Virus record (IMG/VR): IMGVR_UViG_3300046725_000023
Location: 1 to 60,785 of that record
From: a virus
Taxonomy: Duplodnaviria; Caudoviricetes
Reading direction: 5' to 3' (one strand)
DNA length: 60,785 nucleotides
Program-made: the position numbers and the translations under genes
The notes under the pieces: generated by a model
Database searches by the model: none
What the model saw: the letters and a program-made list of their open reading frames with translations, nothing else
What the model was told of the DNA's origin: nothing
Part shown: in pieces, positions 55,877 through 60,785 of the stretch
Layout: each line of letters begins with the position of its first letter
Position numbering within the stretch: the stretch's first letter is position 1

Positions 55877-56368
55877 TCAGCTCTTGTGGCGGACCACGAT
55901 CCCGAAGTGCTTGTACGGGCGGCCCTGGAACTTGCCGGTCTTCAGGATCTTCTCGCCCCAGTACTTGACGGCCATCAGGTCGCCCACCTGGGGGTTCTGC
56001 TCCTGGAGTTCCCGCTTCAGCACGGAGCCGTAGCCGATCACGCGGTACTTGATCGTCTTACCCGAGTTCTCCGGGTCCTTGCACTCCAGCGTGACGGTCG
56101 GGCACATCGGGTCCTCGCCGTCCTTGGCGAAGTCCGAGCGGGTCTGGCTGATCTTGACGACCACCCCGGCGATGCCCTCGCCCTTCTCCTTGGGCACCCA
56201 GCCCTCGGAGTCGTCCTCCTCGACCGTGTCCAGCAGGTCGTCCACCCCGGCGAACAGGTCCTCCTCGGTGGAGGTGGCCTTCACACCGTCGGTGCCGAGC
56301 TGATCGAACAGGCCATCCGCCTCGTCCAGGGGAGCAGTCGAAACGGTCTTGCTGGCGGTACCGGCCAC
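55877..56368 (-). CDS. OB-fold ssDNA-binding-like protein, paralogue 1
   Basis: GAGGAGG RBS; acidic N-terminus; WVPKEKGEGIAGVV...PQVGDLMAVKYWGE...GRPYKHF. Confidence 0.65.
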   Translation of the reverse strand: MAGTASKTVSTAPLDEADGLFDQLGTDGVKATSTEEDLFAGVDDLLDTVEEDDSEGWVPKEKGEGIAGVVVKISQTRSDFAKDGEDPMCPTVTLECKDPENSGKTIKYRVIGYGSVLKRELQEQNPQVGDLMAVKYWGEKILKTGKFQGRPYKHFGIVVRHKS

Positions 56369-56585
56369 GAGGGCCTCCTCTGTTTGTGCGCTGCGCTGTG
56401 TGCTGTCAGTTGTTGGTGCGACCCGGCCGGGCTTGGGTCTGCGTCCCGTGGAGACCGGCCCGGCCGGGCCGAGCAGATTCTGGCGGGCTGCTCCCCCTGT
56501 CGTGCATCGGCTCTCTTAACCCCAGCCGCATAGGGCGTCCGCATTGAGTTGATCAGACCGGTCTTGTGCGAACCTCGGACCGCTC

Positions 56586-56654
56586 GCGCTACGCCGGGAC
56601 TCGAACCCGGACATCCCCCGTGCACGGGGTGCTCTGCCGTTGAGCTACGTAACG
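56586..56654 (-). tRNA. tRNA-like RNA with non-canonical anticodon arm (identity undetermined)
   Basis: Acceptor CGTTACG/CGTAGCG, TA-GCTC-AACGGCA-GAGC D arm, CCGGG-TTCGAGT-CCCGG T arm, anticodon arm CCCCG-TGCA-CGGGG; no CCA. Confidence 0.75.
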
Positions 56655-56720
56655 CCGGGCCAGCCGCGAAACAGGCCCGGGGTTGCTCGGCCTAGGGGGT
56701 CCGTCGGCCTTGCGGGGACT

Positions 56721-56749
56721 ACGTTACAGGCATCGCTACCTGGTCGCAA
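56721..56749 (-). promoter_or_regulatory. Promoter for tRNA-like/SSB region
   Basis: TTGCGA-17bp-TAACGT. Confidence 0.65.
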
Positions 56750-56765
56750 CCTTGACACATCACGG

Positions 56766-57944
56766 TCAAGAGCTGGGGTTCTTCGCCTTCAGGTGCTTGG
56801 GAACCGTGATCGTCATCCGCCGGTAGGACGACCGTTCCGTGACCGCCTCCGCCACCTCGGGGTAGTCGCGCTTCAGCGCCTCCACGCTGATCCGGGTGGA
56901 GCTGACCGCCGGGTAGCTGACCACCTTGCTGTCGCCCAAGTAGGCCGCTGCCGCGTCGCCGGTCCACATGCGGAACATGTTCTTCAGTTCGTCCAGGTCG
57001 GCCTCCGCCTTCTTGCTGGCGGCGAGGGCCTTCTGGTAGTCCTTCAGCCACTCCTCGGCATCCGAGGGGAGGTCGGTAACGGGCCTCACGACCACCGGGC
57101 TGATCTGCTTCAGCAGTTCCTCGGTCTTGGGGTGCCGGAAGTCGTGCATGGGGATCTCGTCCCCCAGGATGTTGGTCACCCAGAACCGCTCGGCTTCGTC
57201 GGCCAGCTCCCGGAACCACTCCGGATCGAAGTGGATCTCCACCGTGAAGAACTCCCGCTCGCGGCCCATCACGAGGCACCCGAGGTAGGCGCGGTCCAGG
57301 CCGATGATGCCCATCTGCCACTGGCACTGAGCCTGGTAGTTCAGCGGCGCCGAGCCGGTGCCGAGCCCGCCCGGCCGGATCGTGCCGGACTGCCACTCGG
57401 ACCCGTCCCCGGCGGTCTTGCACTCGATGAGCGCCTCCGCCTTCCAGCTCCGGGCCTTCGTGGCGAACCGGTCCGGCGTCACCCGGAGGAACGGTTTCTC
57501 CGGGTTGGCCCAGAGACCTCCCCCGAACCGCGACACCATGCCGATCTCGTCCGCGATCTTCTCGGCCACGACGTCCTCCAGCCGGTGCCCCCACTCGATG
57601 GGCGCGCCGGTCAGCTCGGCGTCCGGCTCGGTCGCGGTCTTCTTGCGGTAGATCGAAAACGCCGTGTCGTACTCGGAGATCCCGACGAGGGCGGCCACCT
57701 CGGACCCGCCGATGCCGTCCAGCCGGGCGGCCAGCCACGCCTCACGACCGGCGCACTCGGGGAGGATCAGCCGGGCCGGGCTGTCGCGGACCTGTGCGAA
57801 CCGGTGCACCGGGTGCTGGCAACCCAGCCGCCCGCCGGACCGCGCCAGATAGTTGTCCACCTGGCGAGCCTGGAGGGCGGCGCGGCCAGCCCGCTCGCGC
57901 GCCCGGATCTCGGTAGGGGTGTACGCCACGGACACGTCGCTCAC
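56766..57944 (-). CDS. YqaJ-like (lambda exonuclease family) recombination exonuclease
   Basis: WLAARLDGIGGSE, WGHRLE, TPDR...IECKT, YQAQCQWQM. Confidence 0.9.
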   Translation of the reverse strand: MSDVSVAYTPTEIRARERAGRAALQARQVDNYLARSGGRLGCQHPVHRFAQVRDSPARLILPECAGREAWLAARLDGIGGSEVAALVGISEYDTAFSIYRKKTATEPDAELTGAPIEWGHRLEDVVAEKIADEIGMVSRFGGGLWANPEKPFLRVTPDRFATKARSWKAEALIECKTAGDGSEWQSGTIRPGGLGTGSAPLNYQAQCQWQMGIIGLDRAYLGCLVMGREREFFTVEIHFDPEWFRELADEAERFWVTNILGDEIPMHDFRHPKTEELLKQISPVVVRPVTDLPSDAEEWLKDYQKALAASKKAEADLDELKNMFRMWTGDAAAAYLGDSKVVSYPAVSSTRISVEALKRDYPEVAEAVTERSSYRRMTITVPKHLKAKNPSS

Positions 57945-58183
57945 TTCGTGACTCCGATTCCGGCCTTGTTAAACGCCATCTTGAGGGACTCTTCCAGGTC
58001 CCGGGTCGCGGTCAGAGTGGAGACGAACGCGTCCAGGACATCCCCCGTGATCTGGACCTGGGTCGCCTCCAGGATCGTCCGGGTCAGCGCTCGGGCCGTT
58101 GTCTCACCGGCCTTGCGCTGGGTGAAAAAGAGCTGCTGGAGATCCTCTCGCCGCCGGTGGACGTAGCCCCGGTCTCGGCTCAT
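57941..58183 (-). CDS. Hypothetical protein
   Basis: ATGA/GTGA coupling. Confidence 0.55.
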   Translation of the reverse strand: MSRDRGYVHRRREDLQQLFFTQRKAGETTARALTRTILEATQVQITGDVLDAFVSTLTATRDLEESLKMAFNKAGIGVTK

Positions 58184-58380
58184 GCCTTCACCGGGTCCGC
58201 GACCTGGACGGTCACCGTGATCTCGGCGGGCCAGTCGCCCTCGAACCCGGCGGCGCGCAGCTTGTCCTTGCGGACGTACACGCTCGACACGATCGTGTTC
58301 TTCATGTCGGGCAGCGCGTAGAGCAGCGCGCCCGGCGTGGCCCGTTTGAACGGCAGGGTCACGGTCACAGCGGTCATCAT
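58180..58380 (-). CDS. Hypothetical protein
   Basis: Coupled start/stop. Confidence 0.6.
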   Translation of the reverse strand: MMTAVTVTLPFKRATPGALLYALPDMKNTIVSSVYVRKDKLRAAGFEGDWPAEITVTVQVADPVKA

Positions 58381-58742
58381 CAGAAGTGCCCACCCATCGG
58401 TACGTCGTCCGGCCAGCTCTCGGTGGCCATAGCCATCACTCGGGCGCGCATCGAGCGGCGCCCGGTCATCGGGTATTCCTCGATCGAGTCGAGCAGCATG
58501 TCCGCCTCGTCGCGGACGGTGCCGGACTCGATCTCTTTCAGCAGAGCGGCCAGCGCGGCCGGGTCCGGCCGGTGATCACACGGGACCATCCCCAGCCCTC
58601 GCGCGCAGCACCCGAACCACGGCGGCGCCGTCGGGTCCTTCCCCCGCTGTGCCTTGCAGGACGCCAGGGTGGACCCGCAACCGACGCACGGGGCCGCCTG
58701 CTCGATCGCCTTACGGCGCCGCTTGATCAGCTTCAGGTCCAC
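58380..58742 (-). CDS. Cys-rich hypothetical protein
   Basis: CVGC...C...CC...CDH. Confidence 0.6.
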   Translation of the reverse strand: MDLKLIKRRRKAIEQAAPCVGCGSTLASCKAQRGKDPTAPPWFGCCARGLGMVPCDHRPDPAALAALLKEIESGTVRDEADMLLDSIEEYPMTGRRSMRARVMAMATESWPDDVPMGGHF

Positions 58743-58745
58743 CTC

Positions 58746-59252
58746 TCACGCCTCCAACTTGATCTTGGTCAAGGACTCTCGGTTCACCATGGGGAGCACG
58801 AACGGGGCCTGGTCGAACTGGTCGCTGGCGGCCACCCACAACCACCAGGCGTCACAGGTGTTGTCGTCCCCGCCGAACTCCACTCCGCCGCGCTTGTACG
58901 CCTCCACGGACATGACCAGCTTGTTCGAGCCGACTCCGCCCGATCCGGTGGCGTACTTCTTCAGGCTGCTCGGGGGCAGCGTGGCGTACGGGATGCCCTC
59001 CTCGATGAGCATCGAGCGGACGGCGCCGTGCACCATCCCGGTGATACCGGCGCTCATGCTCTTGTTCAGGTAGCCCTCGATGAGCACGAACCCGTGGCCC
59101 ATCACGTACTCGCGGACCTGGTTGCGGATCACCACGAGCCGGTCGTCCCGCGTGCCCTTGGTCTTGATCAGGTGCCAGCACGGGCCGCCGTCCGGGTCCG
59201 TGTGGCAGACGCCGGTACCGGTCATCGAGAGGTCCAGCCCGGCGACCTTCAC
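58746..59252 (-). CDS. RuvC-like Holliday junction resolvase
   Basis: VAGLDLSMTGTGV, VLIEG, PSSLKKYATGSG...K, DDNTCDA. Confidence 0.85.
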   Translation of the reverse strand: MKVAGLDLSMTGTGVCHTDPDGGPCWHLIKTKGTRDDRLVVIRNQVREYVMGHGFVLIEGYLNKSMSAGITGMVHGAVRSMLIEEGIPYATLPPSSLKKYATGSGGVGSNKLVMSVEAYKRGGVEFGGDDNTCDAWWLWVAASDQFDQAPFVLPMVNRESLTKIKLEA

Positions 59253-59674
59253 CGGCTCGGACGACAGTCGTAGAAGTGCGGCGGCACGTGGTGCTGGCAC
59301 CGGTAGCCCTCCGCCGGGACCTGAACGCGGGCCTCGCCGATCGATCCGTCCGACGCCCGATCGCGGTTCATCTCGACCGCGAGCTGTGCCGCGTCCTTCG
59401 CGCTCAGGTTGCGGACCATCTCCGGCGTGGGCAGGACCGGCCGCCGCGCGGTCGCCAGCTCCTCGGCCATGCCGAGCGAGTGAAGCACCATCATCAGGCC
59501 CACGAACGCCGGGAGCGGCATCTCCACGTGGCGCACCTCGGCCTGTGGCGCCAGCTCGAACTCGGCGCAAGCGCGCGGCTCGAACGAGGCGAACTGGTAC
59601 TCCACCTGAAGCTGTCCCTGGAGCCAGTCCCACTGGCGCCTGGTCAGATCCTTGACTCTGATTCGGGTCCGCAT
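59249..59674 (-). CDS. Hypothetical protein
   Basis: GGAGGGG RBS; promoter TTGCAT-18-TAAGGT at 59714-59743. Confidence 0.6.
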   Translation of the reverse strand: MRTRIRVKDLTRRQWDWLQGQLQVEYQFASFEPRACAEFELAPQAEVRHVEMPLPAFVGLMMVLHSLGMAEELATARRPVLPTPEMVRNLSAKDAAQLAVEMNRDRASDGSIGEARVQVPAEGYRCQHHVPPHFYDCRPSR

Positions 59675-59774
59675 TCGGTCCCCTCCCCTGTTCGGTTCTT
59701 GCTGTCTGGTAAAACCTTACCGTACCGACTGCAAGGTATGCAACCCAGGGGAGGGGTCAACCTGTTTGGGCTGC

Positions 59775-60095
59775 TCAGTACGCTTGCTCTCCCAGGACGA
59801 ACGCGCGCCACTCGGGGTTGCACTCGCGCGTGATGCGCTCCAGGACCGCGCGTGCCGCCGGGCTGGCGTGCTCCTCGTCGGCCGCGACCTCGCGCAGCAT
59901 TTCCGCCAGCGGGGAGCGCTCCGGCGGGCTCTCGGTCAGCGCCAGCGTGGCCAGGCCCAGCCGCTGTTCCTCGGCTCCTCCGCCCTCGGTCACGTAGATC
60001 GACGGGCTGTCGGACCCGTCGCTGGCGGCGCGCACCTCGATGACCGTGTACGGCGTGAGCCCGAGCCAGAACTCCCGGAGTTCGACATCGGCCAT
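59775..60095 (-). CDS. Hypothetical protein
   Basis: MADVELREFW...; TGATG coupling. Confidence 0.6.
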   Translation of the reverse strand: MADVELREFWLGLTPYTVIEVRAASDGSDSPSIYVTEGGGAEEQRLGLATLALTESPPERSPLAEMLREVAADEEHASPAARAVLERITRECNPEWRAFVLGEQAY

Positions 60096-60580
60096 CAGAC
60101 GGTCACCTTGCTCAGCACGCCGCGCCCGATCAGGTCCGAGATCGTGGCCGCCGCGAGGGCGTGCTCCTCGTCGCTCAGCTCCTCCCACGGGACCACCTCG
60201 CGCGGTTCCTGGCGCACGTACGCCCGGTGGATCTCGCGGGCCAGTTCCTCGGCGCCGGGCACGCCCGGCCACCGGTGCCGCAGCAACGCGCTCAGGTCGC
60301 CCACGATGCCGTCCCGGGGCACGATCTCGTCCCGGCCCTCCAGGACGTCCACGTACCGGCTCAGCGCGTCCACGAGGGTCGTGGGCTCGCCCTCGGTCAG
60401 GTCCAGGATGGCCTCGCGATCCATCGAGTCCAGGGCGTCCATCGTGTCCACGACGTGCCGCCTCTCCTCGCCGGTCTCGGCCACGATCGCGCGGATGGCC
60501 TGCTCTCGGACGAGGGCGCGCTGGACCGTGCCCAGCTCGGTGGTCTCGGAGAGCCACTTCTCCAGGTCGATCTCGGTCAT
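60095..60580 (-). CDS. Hypothetical protein
   Basis: GGGGAGG RBS, MTEIDLEKW... Confidence 0.65.
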   Translation of the reverse strand: MTEIDLEKWLSETTELGTVQRALVREQAIRAIVAETGEERRHVVDTMDALDSMDREAILDLTEGEPTTLVDALSRYVDVLEGRDEIVPRDGIVGDLSALLRHRWPGVPGAEELAREIHRAYVRQEPREVVPWEELSDEEHALAAATISDLIGRGVLSKVTV

Positions 60581-60620
60581 ATCTGCCTCCCCTAAAAGTG
60601 GGCCTCTCCCACCATGGATT

Positions 60621-60649
60621 ACATTACCGTCATGACTGTGATGTGTCAA
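60621..60649 (-). promoter_or_regulatory. Promoter with palindromic site
   Basis: TTGACA-17bp-TAATGT. Confidence 0.8.
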
Positions 60650-60785
60650 GCGTTCAGCGACATCGAGGTCAGGAGTCCTATAGCCTCCGCCGCTGGCGTA
60701 GGGGTCTCTCCGCTACAGACGTAGGGCCAGCCCCGCTCAGCGGGTCGCTGGCCCTACACAAACGCCGGGCCTACCCTCGGGGGAG
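60646..60785. repeat. Terminal direct repeat, right copy
   Basis: Matches 1-140 with one mismatch. Confidence 0.9.

Noticed and set aside
56520-56585. Hammerhead ribozyme
   Set aside because: CTGATCA only partly matches the CUGAnGA core, and no GAAA is correctly placed
56586-56654. Functional tRNA-Cys/Ala/His or an attP site
   Set aside because: No canonical 7-nt loop on a 5-bp stem, and no integrase nearby
60646-60785. 140-bp end repeat as a biological terminal repeat
   Set aside because: It starts inside a promoter and ends inside a hairpin, which fits a circular-assembly overlap better; the single mismatch may be an error. Read-end analysis is needed.

Overview
The window looks like a complete, circularly assembled genome (about 60,645 bp unique plus a 140-bp end overlap) of a high-GC tailed phage. 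A siphovirus-like phage of an actinomycete host is inferred from base composition, leaderless promoters and gene content. Most genes are on the - strand. Read right to left they form: a recombination/replication module (RuvC-like resolvase, YqaJ exonuclease, two OB-fold SSB-like paralogues, SF2 helicase, and one 1457-aa primase-helicase-DNA polymerase A fusion), terminase, endolysin/holin, portal/MuF/protease/capsid, tail genes, and a glycosyltransferase-methyltransferase cluster. Small accessory cassettes with their own promoters and terminators are inserted among the structural genes. I recognised no integrase or ParAB. The strongest unexplained signals are: (1) 30 exact copies, counted by eye, of a 16-bp palindrome TGAC-N8-GTCA that overlap promoter -35 boxes, begin at stop codons, or sit inside structural genes; (2) two elements with the same inverted-repeat/AT-rich-core architecture about half a genome apart; (3) a tRNA-like RNA with a collapsed anticodon loop; (4) three tandem WXG100-like paralogues; (5) non-canonical PolA active-site residues. 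All family assignments come from motif recognition by eye, not database searches.
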